Made by a program: the position numbers and the translations under genes
Part shown: piece by piece, positions 44,168-52,847 of the stretch
How positions within the stretch are numbered: position 1 is the first letter of the stretch
Layout: each line of letters begins with the position of its first letter
Notes under the pieces: generated by a model
What the model was told of the DNA's origin: nothing
Databases searched by the model: none
The model's input: the letters and a program-made list of their open reading frames with translations, nothing else
Assembly: GCA_041752595.1 (NCBI GenBank)
Contig: JBGSWE010000003.1
Location: 13,720 to 77,719, forward strand
From: Candidatus Saccharimonadales bacterium
GTDB taxonomy: Bacteria > Patescibacteriota > Saccharimonadia > Saccharimonadales > JACDBH01
Length of the DNA: 64,000 nucleotides
Reading direction: 5' to 3'

Positions 44168-45025
44168 ATGCCTCGCAATGTCGTCATTGAAACAATAAAA
44201 ACCCCAATATATCGTGGAGAATACGAGACTAGTCTTTATCGTGGGAGCCGTCCAAATGGCATGGCTAGTGACTTTGAGGATGTAATAGTTTTAGCTCCTG
44301 GCTGGCTTGGTAGTGGTACATTACATTTTGCTGCATCTACGTTAGCTAGGCATGGTCATGATGTTGCTGTTGTGCAGCACGGCAAACGATCTTGGCTTGC
44401 TCACAATGCAGTACGCTCACAAAATGTTCATTTTGCTGCCAGAGCTGCTTCACAAGCTACAGGCAAGAGAGGTGTAATATTTATCGGTCATTCAAATGGC
44501 GGTCAAGATATTCACCATGCGTCAGCCAAAGCCATCGAGCGTCAACAAGCCGAACCGGATAACAGCGAACTATACGTTGTAAGAGCGGTTGGCGCTATGG
44601 CCAGTGCAGGGCTGAGTGGTCGTCAACTTGATCTTCGTAGCCTCGGTAGTGAAGCAATAGGCGCATCTCATAATCTCGTAAGACATCCCAACGAAGAGCT
44701 TGCAATAGTTGGACGTTCGCTATGGAATTTTATTAAAGACCCAATACTTGCGGCTGCTGAGGGTATAAGTGCTGCGAGGTGTGATGTTAGGCCACAAGCA
44801 GGACAATTCGTAGGCAATGAAGGTGTTCGAGCATATGTAGAAGAGTACATGGACCACGATGGTGTTATACCTATGCCAGTAGAACGTGGCGGATACCTTA
44901 TTCGGTCTGGTACTCATATGACGCCACTAATTGACGAGGGTATCATGCCAGAATTAGCCGTTAGTTTGTATGAACAGCAGGATCTTACCGCTCACGAGTT
45001 ACGAGTATTTCACGCAGCTGCTTGA
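44168..45025 (+). CDS. alpha/beta hydrolase
   Basis: Nucleophile elbow GHSNGG (IFIGHSNGGQD). Confidence 0.7.
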   Translation: MPRNVVIETIKTPIYRGEYETSLYRGSRPNGMASDFEDVIVLAPGWLGSGTLHFAASTLARHGHDVAVVQHGKRSWLAHNAVRSQNVHFAARAASQATGKRGVIFIGHSNGGQDIHHASAKAIERQQAEPDNSELYVVRAVGAMASAGLSGRQLDLRSLGSEAIGASHNLVRHPNEELAIVGRSLWNFIKDPILAAAEGISAARCDVRPQAGQFVGNEGVRAYVEEYMDHDGVIPMPVERGGYLIRSGTHMTPLIDEGIMPELAVSLYEQQDLTAHELRVFHAAA

Positions 45026-45037
45026 TACAATAAGTAC

Positions 45038-45916
45038 ATGCCAGAGTTACCAGAGGTAGAGACAGTACGGCGCGGACTGCATAAGTTAATTATTGGAAAA
45101 ACCGTTAAAACAGTTGATTTTGATTGGCCCAAGGGGTTTCCAAACACCCTAGGAGACGTAAGCCAATTTTTAATTGCTGCTAATATTACTAATGTTCGTC
45201 GCCGTGCCAAAGTGTTGCTAATTGATTTAGACACCAATTACAGCTTGGTTGTTCATTTAAAAATGACCGGGCAAATGGTCTACGTGGGTGAGCAAAAATT
45301 CGGGGCGGGTCATCCAAATGATTCGCTTATAAATAAGCTTCCAGACAAAAGCACCAGAGTTATTATCAAATTTAGCGATGATACAAATCTTTACTTTAAC
45401 GATCAGCGCAAATTTGGTTGGATGAAACTAATACCCACAATCGAAATCCCAAACATAGATTTTATGAAAAAAGTCGGGCCCGAACCTCTTGAATCTGGGT
45501 TTACGAATAAAGTATTTTTAGAGCGAATTAAAAAGCGCAAAAACACATCTGTTAAAGCAGCTATTTTAGATCAAACAACACTTGCTGGTGTTGGTAATAT
45601 TTACGCCGATGAAAGCCTGTGGGGAGCCAAAATTCACCCAGCCAGTAAGGTCGTTGAAATTAGTGATGCAAAACTAAAACTACTTCAAAAAGAAATTATA
45701 TATGTACTAAAATTATCAATAGAAAAAGGTGGCTCGACTGATAGAAATTATGTTAATGTAGAAGGCAAAAAGGGTAGCTACATTGAGTTTGCAAAAGTTT
45801 TTAGGCGTGAAGGACTGGATTGCCCAAGACACCTGGGTACAGCAATTATAAAAATTAGGGTTGCTGGCCGCGGTACGCACATTTGTCCTAAATGCCAAAA
45901 GCTACAAAATAGCTAG
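45038..45916 (+). CDS. mutM: formamidopyrimidine-DNA glycosylase
   Basis: MPELPEVETVRRGL N-terminus, H2TH region, C-terminal zinc finger (CPRH...CPKC). Confidence 0.93.
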   Translation: MPELPEVETVRRGLHKLIIGKTVKTVDFDWPKGFPNTLGDVSQFLIAANITNVRRRAKVLLIDLDTNYSLVVHLKMTGQMVYVGEQKFGAGHPNDSLINKLPDKSTRVIIKFSDDTNLYFNDQRKFGWMKLIPTIEIPNIDFMKKVGPEPLESGFTNKVFLERIKKRKNTSVKAAILDQTTLAGVGNIYADESLWGAKIHPASKVVEISDAKLKLLQKEIIYVLKLSIEKGGSTDRNYVNVEGKKGSYIEFAKVFRREGLDCPRHLGTAIIKIRVAGRGTHICPKCQKLQNS

Positions 45917-45955
45917 TAATCAGATAAATACGAGAGGTGTTATGATAGGTCTAAT

Positions 45956-46870
45956 ATGGTAGAAGTATTAACTGGCGGTAATGATTTTGGTCGCAAGGCT
46001 GAGTTAAAACGTATTACAACTGAATTTGCTACAAAATATGGCGATTTTGGTCTAGAAATAATCGATGCATCAGAAGTTGAATTAGGTAGGTTAATCGAGT
46101 GCGTATCCAGCCTGCCATTTTTGGCACAAAGGCGCATGATAATTCTTATAAATCCTGCAGGTAATAAATCACTAATTGAATCACCCGAAAAGCTCCTAGA
46201 AGCCGTCGCCGAAACAACCGATCTAATAATTGATGAACGTAAGTTCGATAAACGACTCAATCTATTTAAGACACTTAAAAAACAGGCCCAAATAAAGGAA
46301 TTTACCGAACTAGATGAGAGGGGCTTAGCATCTTGGCTAGTAACTGAAGCAGACAAACGTGGTGGTCATTTGGGCGCTAATGATGCTAACTACATTATTA
46401 ATCGTCTAGGCACCAACCAACTCGGTCTCTCTCAAGAGCTAGATAAGTTATTAACATTCGACCCTAAGATTACTAAAACTAGTATAAATTTACTCACTGA
46501 ACAATTGCCGCAAAGTAGTGTGTTTGATCTTCTGGATGCTGCATTTTCCGGTAACAAAAAACGTACTATAGAGCTATATCAGGATCAACGCATGCAACAA
46601 ATAGAACCGCAATATATCATGGGTATGATTGCATGGCAGGTACATATATTAGTATTAGTTAAACTAAACGAAAAAGACGGTCCTGAATCAATTGCAAGCG
46701 CTTCGAAGCTTAACCCATATGTGGTGCGTAAAACACTTGGACTGACCAAAAACCTGACCAGTGGTCACGTTAAAGAACTGTCCAATAAGGCCCTATCGCT
46801 AGATATAAGACTCAAAACAGAGACGATAGACGCCGATGACGCCGTACAACACTTTCTGCTCACCATTTAG
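45956..46870 (+). CDS. holA: DNA polymerase III subunit delta
   Basis: Size and N-terminal pattern (...SSLPFLAQRRMIILINP...) plus a helical C-domain typical of HolA. Confidence 0.6.
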   Translation: MVEVLTGGNDFGRKAELKRITTEFATKYGDFGLEIIDASEVELGRLIECVSSLPFLAQRRMIILINPAGNKSLIESPEKLLEAVAETTDLIIDERKFDKRLNLFKTLKKQAQIKEFTELDERGLASWLVTEADKRGGHLGANDANYIINRLGTNQLGLSQELDKLLTFDPKITKTSINLLTEQLPQSSVFDLLDAAFSGNKKRTIELYQDQRMQQIEPQYIMGMIAWQVHILVLVKLNEKDGPESIASASKLNPYVVRKTLGLTKNLTSGHVKELSNKALSLDIRLKTETIDADDAVQHFLLTI

Positions 46871-46900
46871 CATTGAATGTCCTACTAAAGCATAAGAGTA

Positions 46901-46929
46901 TTGACAAAATGGCCAATATTTGCTATAAT
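46901..46929 (+). promoter_or_regulatory. perfect-consensus sigma70 promoter
   Basis: TTGACA (46901-46906), 17 nt ending in TGC, TATAAT (46924-46929). Confidence 0.7.
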
Positions 46930-46956
46930 TTAAGAAGTTAAATTAAAACAAAAAAT

Positions 46957-48729
46957 ATGAGTGAACAGTACCTTGATCAACAAGCAGCTATAGACGTTAA
47001 TCCACAGATAAGCATGGAACGTATACAAAATGCGACTCCTGAAGATATCCATGGAGCTTTTAACCACTTTACAGATCTATATGTAGATCGAAAAAGTCGA
47101 ATTGGACAAGAATGGCATGACGAAAGTCAAAAGCTTGGATTAGATGATGTAGATCCAAATGACTACGATGCGCAAGATGCTATAGATGAAAAAATAGACG
47201 CCACTGAATTAGGTGCCGAACAGCGCAAAAATGAAGTTGATAACCGTGCTTCACACTCTGCTTATAAATTATATGAAGATTGGCTACAAGCCCCTGAAGC
47301 AGAGCGGGGTAGTTATCATAGATACGTCCAGAATAGGGCGCGCAACTTTACGGGCGAGCCAGGTAGCAACGAGGCTATTGAGTTATTGGAAGCTAATAGA
47401 TGGGTACGTGATCATTATCAAGACAGCTTACGCGGTTATTATGAATCGCAATCTAATCCAATCGTCTTAGGTTACGAAGCGCCTCAACAAGAAGAATCCA
47501 CAGAAAAAGAGAAATTGGCCCAAGAAGAAAGAGCAGGTCAAATTCTTGAAGATATGCACACACTAGAAACAGTGCGGACCAAAGCAGAAGTCTACATGCC
47601 TATGGACCAAGAGGCAAAACAACAGATTATGCTGACAAAGGTAGAGCATTATTCGCCACAAATGGCACCCGGAACAGAAGTATATACAGTGCCAGATTTT
47701 ATGAAACCAGTTATTGATGGCTCAAAAGTTGCAATAAAAGAAGAAAGCTACGACATAACACAAAGACACATAAGTGATTTTTATATGCGTAAGACTCATG
47801 AGATTCCAGGATGGGACAAGCAGTTGATAGGTCTTACGAGTGAATTTTTACTTACTGCACACGGCAAGGAACTAGTAGAAAGCTTAGGAATAACTTCACT
47901 CGACATGCTTACACCTGAACAGGCTGTGAAGCTTAGTATTTCTTTTGTGCAAGCTGTATCAAAATATACACTTGATTCAGCCGGTAGACCAGATGGCAAA
48001 AGAGCCGATGGAATGTCTGCGGTGGATTTGTTACGGGAAGGCATAGACAGAAAAGATGACCCAGAATGGGAAGGCAATGGAGTGTGTCGTAATGTAGCTG
48101 CCAATGTAAAATTGGTGTTCGACGCACTCAAGGAGAATCAAGTTGAACAAAGTATGTTGCGTAATACTTACACTACAATGGATACTGGCTATAACGGTGA
48201 CGGTACATATGTCCAGGCACGTAGAGAGGTTGAGGAAATGGATGGTGGACATGCTTGGAATTCATTTATTACGATAGGCAAAGATGGTTCAGCTAATGTT
48301 ACTACCGTGGATGCAACATGGGCGTTAGAGGAAGATGCCTCAACAGCTCTAGAGCACATGGATTATACGGTTTTTCGCTCAGTTGGGTTAGTAAGTGAAT
48401 TAGCTGTTCAAAGCAAAAATCCTGACGCAGTAGGTTTTTTGGCGGTTTACTTCAATAAGATGGTTAAAGATGCGCGTAAAGAATACGGCTATTCAGCCCA
48501 ACAGACAAAAGACCTTGAGCAGTTTGCGTTTACAAAGTATATGGAGTTTGTAGGCAAACACCCAGAGGTTATTCAGCCCGATAGGTATGACCTTGTTCCG
48601 GACGACGTAGTTCGCCGTGCCCTAGGTAGTCTTAAGAGCGAGCTTAGTGATAGTGAAAGAGAAATCTTAACTAATATGCTCGATGCTGGCATGATTGAAT
48701 ACGACGGAACCCGAACCCGCGCAGCCTAG
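46957..48729 (+). CDS. large hypothetical protein with a transglutaminase-like Cys-His-Asp core
   Basis: EGNGVCRNVAANV (Cys), DGGHAWNSFI (His) and TVDATW (Asp), in the order and spacing of transglutaminase-like cysteine peptidases. Confidence 0.5.
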   Translation: MSEQYLDQQAAIDVNPQISMERIQNATPEDIHGAFNHFTDLYVDRKSRIGQEWHDESQKLGLDDVDPNDYDAQDAIDEKIDATELGAEQRKNEVDNRASHSAYKLYEDWLQAPEAERGSYHRYVQNRARNFTGEPGSNEAIELLEANRWVRDHYQDSLRGYYESQSNPIVLGYEAPQQEESTEKEKLAQEERAGQILEDMHTLETVRTKAEVYMPMDQEAKQQIMLTKVEHYSPQMAPGTEVYTVPDFMKPVIDGSKVAIKEESYDITQRHISDFYMRKTHEIPGWDKQLIGLTSEFLLTAHGKELVESLGITSLDMLTPEQAVKLSISFVQAVSKYTLDSAGRPDGKRADGMSAVDLLREGIDRKDDPEWEGNGVCRNVAANVKLVFDALKENQVEQSMLRNTYTTMDTGYNGDGTYVQARREVEEMDGGHAWNSFITIGKDGSANVTTVDATWALEEDASTALEHMDYTVFRSVGLVSELAVQSKNPDAVGFLAVYFNKMVKDARKEYGYSAQQTKDLEQFAFTKYMEFVGKHPEVIQPDRYDLVPDDVVRRALGSLKSELSDSEREILTNMLDAGMIEYDGTRTRAA

Positions 48730-48785
48730 AATAATAAAACCACCCCAAGGCGGGGCGGTTATTAACCATTTTCTATCAATTCTAA

Positions 48786-49130
48786 CTATTTCTTTTTTGC
48801 TGGGGCTTTTTTAGCTGCAGGTTTCTTAGCAACTGGCTTCTTAGGAGCGGCTTTTTTTGCTGGAGCTTTTTTGGTTGTAGTTGGCTTAACACCGGCTGCT
48901 TTTGAGGCTTTTGCAAGCTGTTTCTTCTTGCGGGCTACTTTGTTCTTATGAATTAGGCCCTTTTTGTGGGCTTTGTCTAGGTTGCTCTCTGCCTTGGATT
49001 TGCTTGAAGCAGTAGGCTTCTTTAAGAATCCTTTTAGTGAGCTACGCAAACTGCGCTTGGTTTTGGCGTTTCTAACGGTGGCTTTGCGAGTTGTTTTGAC
49101 ACGCTTTTTTGCTGATTTGATAATTGGCAT
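48786..49130 (-). CDS. rpsT: 30S ribosomal protein S20 with an Ala/Lys/Pro-rich C-terminal extension
   Basis: MPIIKSAKKRVKTTRKATVRNAKTKRSLRSSLK is the S20 N-terminus. Tail ...KKAPAKKAAPKKPVAKKPAAKKAPAKKK. Confidence 0.85.
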   Translation of the reverse strand: MPIIKSAKKRVKTTRKATVRNAKTKRSLRSSLKGFLKKPTASSKSKAESNLDKAHKKGLIHKNKVARKKKQLAKASKAAGVKPTTTKKAPAKKAAPKKPVAKKPAAKKAPAKKK

Positions 49131-49325
49131 TTAACTTTTTCCTTATTGCTTATGGTTGTTGAGACTCTAGTCCAAAACTATACAGTAAATTGATAAGTGT
49201 TGTAAAGAGGGGCAAAGTCGACAATCTAGTCAACTTCTTATGAATCACCTAAAGAATATCTTGTTTTGTTATTCCGTTTATGGTATCGTGCCATAGAAGT
49301 ACTACTAAAATAAACAAACAAAAAA

Positions 49326-51227
49326 ATGGATCAAAACCCCGACCAGTCACAGGCAACACCAAAACAGCAGCTTGTTGAGCGCGTCCGTGCCGCAACTAAC
49401 GTTCTGGTAACGGTTCGCTCTAACCCGAATGTCGACGAACTGTCGGCGGCGATTGGTTTAACTTTGATGCTAAACAAGCTAGGCAAGCATGCTACAGCGG
49501 TGTTTAGTGGTAGTGTTCCTTCGACTATTGAGTTTTTGAAACCAGAAAACACAATTGAGCAAAACACCGATAGTTTGCGTGATTTTATAGTTTCACTTGA
49601 TAAGAGTAAGGCAGATAAATTACGTTACAAGGTTGAAGAAAACGTAGTTAAAATCTTTATAACTCCCTACAGAACATCAATTACTCAAGATGATTTAGAA
49701 TTTACCCAAGGCGATTTCAACGTAGATGTTGTATTGGCGCTAGGTGTGTCTGTGCGTGAAGAGCTGGATCAGGCTGTTACCGCGCATGGCCGAATATTAC
49801 ATGATGCAACGGTTGCAACAGTTACTGCTGGACAACAAGAATCTTCGCTAGGTGTAATAAACTGGCAAGAACCAGGCGCCAGCTCGCTTTGCGAAATGCT
49901 TGTTAGTATCAGCGAAGCCTTTCAGGGTGGGATTATAGACGAACAGATGGCTACAGCCTTTTTGACAGGTATCGTTGCCGAAACCGAACGGTTTAGTAAC
50001 CAAAAAACAACTCCAAAAGTTATGACAATGTCGGCCCAACTCATGGCTGCAGGCGCTAACCAGCAGCTGATTGCTAACGAACTCCAAAAAGTAGCAGAAT
50101 TACCAGTTGATTCACCGGTTGACGTACCTCACGATGACCCACTCCCAGAGGCTGTTACAGCAGATGACGGCTCATTGACTATTAATCACCAAGAGGACAA
50201 CAATTCTCCTGAAGCCAAGCCAGAACTGGAGCAGGAACAACAACCACCGGCGGAGTTGCCAGAAGTTCAAGAGCAACAATACAGGGGTGACCAGCCTCAA
50301 GCTCCTGAGTATCAAGACCCATCTCTAGAAGTTCGCGAAAATATTGAACAAAATGACGATGCATTTATAGCACCGCTTATACCTTCTGAATCTGGTGATT
50401 CGTACGAACCATTACTGCAAGAACAAGATAACCACCATTATGGTGAGCAGAGCAATATTCAGCCAACAATGCCGGTAGATATATTTGCCCCGACAATCGA
50501 ACCAGGTGATCAAGCCAAGCTAGACGAAAATCAAATACATATAGACGATCACGGCAACATGATGCGTAGCGATGGGCCACCTCAACCCCATCACAAAGTT
50601 ATAAACCCATTGCCCGACGAACCGTCCAGTCCGCTAAGCCTAGACGATCAACCACCAATCCTAGAAGAGCAGTTACCAGACTTAAGTGCTTTGTTGAGCC
50701 AGCCGGAAGTTCATGCCGAAATTAGTGATGTTAAGGTTACAGAAACAGTTCAGCCACTGGAGGCTCCAGTAATGCCTGAGCTTGACCTGCCAACCTTGCC
50801 AGATGCACAACCTGCACCACCACAGCCAACACCAGCACCTTTAGAGTTGTCTCAACCTGCACCACCTACACCGCCAGTCATCCAGGAAACAGTTGAACCA
50901 CCTAAACCGGTGGTCCCAGACGAAACTACATTACTAGACATAGAGAAGTCCGTACATAGTCCACACCTTGGAGGTACCGAGCCTGCTCCAGAGGAGATAG
51001 TAGATAATGCTCGTACTGCAGTACATAGTGCAATCAACCAAGCTGGCTATGATCCAAATAGGCCGGAGCCTCGGACGGATTTGGGTGCCCAACCACTTGG
51101 GGTACCGCCAACTCTATCGCAGCCTGTAGTGGGCGGTATTGATCCGTCGGTGGTACCTAGTGCTGTTGACCAGAGTAGTGCACTACCCCCACCTCCGATA
51201 CCCCCGCCAATGATGCCAATGCAGTAA
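49326..51227 (+). CDS. DHH-family-like protein with degenerate motifs and a long Pro-rich C-terminal region
   Basis: The N-terminal ~250 aa are laid out like NrnA-type DHH/DHHA1, but the DxD and DHH positions are replaced (NVDE, TAGQQ). The C-terminal ~350 aa are P/Q/E-rich. Confidence 0.4.
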   Translation: MDQNPDQSQATPKQQLVERVRAATNVLVTVRSNPNVDELSAAIGLTLMLNKLGKHATAVFSGSVPSTIEFLKPENTIEQNTDSLRDFIVSLDKSKADKLRYKVEENVVKIFITPYRTSITQDDLEFTQGDFNVDVVLALGVSVREELDQAVTAHGRILHDATVATVTAGQQESSLGVINWQEPGASSLCEMLVSISEAFQGGIIDEQMATAFLTGIVAETERFSNQKTTPKVMTMSAQLMAAGANQQLIANELQKVAELPVDSPVDVPHDDPLPEAVTADDGSLTINHQEDNNSPEAKPELEQEQQPPAELPEVQEQQYRGDQPQAPEYQDPSLEVRENIEQNDDAFIAPLIPSESGDSYEPLLQEQDNHHYGEQSNIQPTMPVDIFAPTIEPGDQAKLDENQIHIDDHGNMMRSDGPPQPHHKVINPLPDEPSSPLSLDDQPPILEEQLPDLSALLSQPEVHAEISDVKVTETVQPLEAPVMPELDLPTLPDAQPAPPQPTPAPLELSQPAPPTPPVIQETVEPPKPVVPDETTLLDIEKSVHSPHLGGTEPAPEEIVDNARTAVHSAINQAGYDPNRPEPRTDLGAQPLGVPPTLSQPVVGGIDPSVVPSAVDQSSALPPPPIPPPMMPMQ

Positions 51228-51313
51228 AAGAATAGATTGGGTTTGATAGAAAATAGGTAATAATTCGATGAGCTTATCTAAATTCTATTATTTATCATCT
51301 ATACTTAAGTCTT

Positions 51314-51988
51314 ATGGATGGAATTGTTTTAGTAAATAAACCGATTGGTTGGACTAGTTTTGATGTGGTCGCCAAGATTCGTGGCCAAATAAAACAAGAG
51401 ACTGGCGCCAAAAAACCAAAGGTAGGTCATACCGGCACTCTCGACCCTCTTGCCACCGGTCTACTTATAATTGTTGTTGGCGAATACTGTAAACGTGCCG
51501 GGGAATTCAGCAAGCTTGATAAGGAATACGAAACTGAACTAACTTTGGGTGTTACCTCCACAACAGATGATAATGAGGGTGAAAAGTCTGTTACGAGTGA
51601 TAAAATCCCCAGCCTAGAAGAGGTTAACGCTACTTTGAATACATTTGTTGGTGAGCAAATGCAATTGCCACCAGCCTTTAGTGCGATTAAAGTCGACGGC
51701 AAAAGAGCCTATAAACTTGCCAGGGAAGGCAAAGAGGTGCAACTAAGCCCCAGACCCGTGACAATAAGCAGCATTAATCAAGTAAATTATGAATATCCTA
51801 AGATCTTTTTTACTGTGTCTGTTTCGTCAGGAACTTATATTCGGAGCCTAGCTAGGGATATTGGTCAAAAACTAGGAACTGGGGCTTTTATGAGTAATTT
51901 GCGCCGCACCACTGTTGGAGAATTCAAGCTAACCGATGCTATTGAAGTGGTAGATTTTACCACCGAATCAATAAAAAAGCTTAAATAG
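51314..51988 (+). CDS. truB: tRNA pseudouridine(55) synthase
   Basis: Catalytic motif GHTGTLDPLATGLL. Also PPAFSAIKVDGKRAY. Confidence 0.93.
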   Translation: MDGIVLVNKPIGWTSFDVVAKIRGQIKQETGAKKPKVGHTGTLDPLATGLLIIVVGEYCKRAGEFSKLDKEYETELTLGVTSTTDDNEGEKSVTSDKIPSLEEVNATLNTFVGEQMQLPPAFSAIKVDGKRAYKLAREGKEVQLSPRPVTISSINQVNYEYPKIFFTVSVSSGTYIRSLARDIGQKLGTGAFMSNLRRTTVGEFKLTDAIEVVDFTTESIKKLK

Positions 51989-52023
51989 TTTGTTTATTTA
52001 ACAAAGTGTGTTATAATATTGCT

Positions 52024-52374
52024 ATGAATGAGAACTCTGGTTCTGGCTCTTCTGAAACAGATGACAACTCAAATATGCGTATTAGATCTGTTCTAACGCA
52101 CTCTCTACTCAAGAAATTACATGAATTAAAACATCAATCAAGTCATGACAGAGCCAAAAAACGTCAGGTTGCAACAAGAGCGCTTATTGACGCAGTTGAG
52201 CGACATCCTGCTTCTAAATCTAACATCATTGTTTTCCCCGTTAGAGGCAACGTGCCAACACAAGAGGATATAAGTAGAATATTTGATGAAAACGAAGAAC
52301 AAGCTGAAATGGGTAAGGTCATTCCTTTTCGTACACCACAAACCGATAGCGATACCCCACCATTTATTTCTTGA
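52024..52374 (+). CDS. hypothetical protein (116 aa)
   Basis: ORF track. The ATG at 52024 lies only a few nt after a TATAAT-like box (possibly leaderless). Confidence 0.4.
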   Translation: MNENSGSGSSETDDNSNMRIRSVLTHSLLKKLHELKHQSSHDRAKKRQVATRALIDAVERHPASKSNIIVFPVRGNVPTQEDISRIFDENEEQAEMGKVIPFRTPQTDSDTPPFIS

Positions 52375-52420
52375 ATCAACCTCTTGCGTAAAGAGTTGTC
52401 ATCTGATAGAATAGTAAAAC

Positions 52421-52687
52421 ATGATAAGTAGTGAGAACAAACAGAAGGTTATTGCAAACATGCAAACCAGCAAGAATGACACCGGTTCACCGGTTGTTCA
52501 GGTTGGTATTTTGACAGCACGCATCACCGAATTAACAGAGCATCTTAAGGTCAACAAAAAGGACCACATGGCACGCCGTGGGTTGCTGCAAATGGTTGGC
52601 ACACGCAAGAAACTACTACGTTACGTTTCTGAAAAAGATACCCAGGCTTACCTGGACACCGTACAAAAACTCGGTTTACGCAAGTAA
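52421..52687 (+). CDS. rpsO: 30S ribosomal protein S15
   Basis: DTGSPVVQVGILTARITELTEHLKVNKKDHMARRGLLQMVGTRKKLLRY is the S15 signature. Confidence 0.95.
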   Translation: MISSENKQKVIANMQTSKNDTGSPVVQVGILTARITELTEHLKVNKKDHMARRGLLQMVGTRKKLLRYVSEKDTQAYLDTVQKLGLRK

Positions 52688-52700
52688 TTGTACCTTTCTA

Positions 52701-52722
52701 GGTTGCACTAAAATGTGCAACC
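52701..52722 (+). promoter_or_regulatory. hairpin in the rpsO-pnp intergenic leader
   Basis: GGTTGCAC (52701-52708) pairs with GTGCAACC (52715-52722), 13 nt after the rpsO stop. Confidence 0.5.
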
Positions 52723-52847
52723 ACTGAAATGCACAAAGCTAACACGAACCGGCTTTAGGTGATAGAGCACAGCTATACGGCCCGCGACGCATTTCCGGCA
52801 TGTATATCTGAACCCTGTCACCTACCGGTCTAACGAAAGGATCAACT

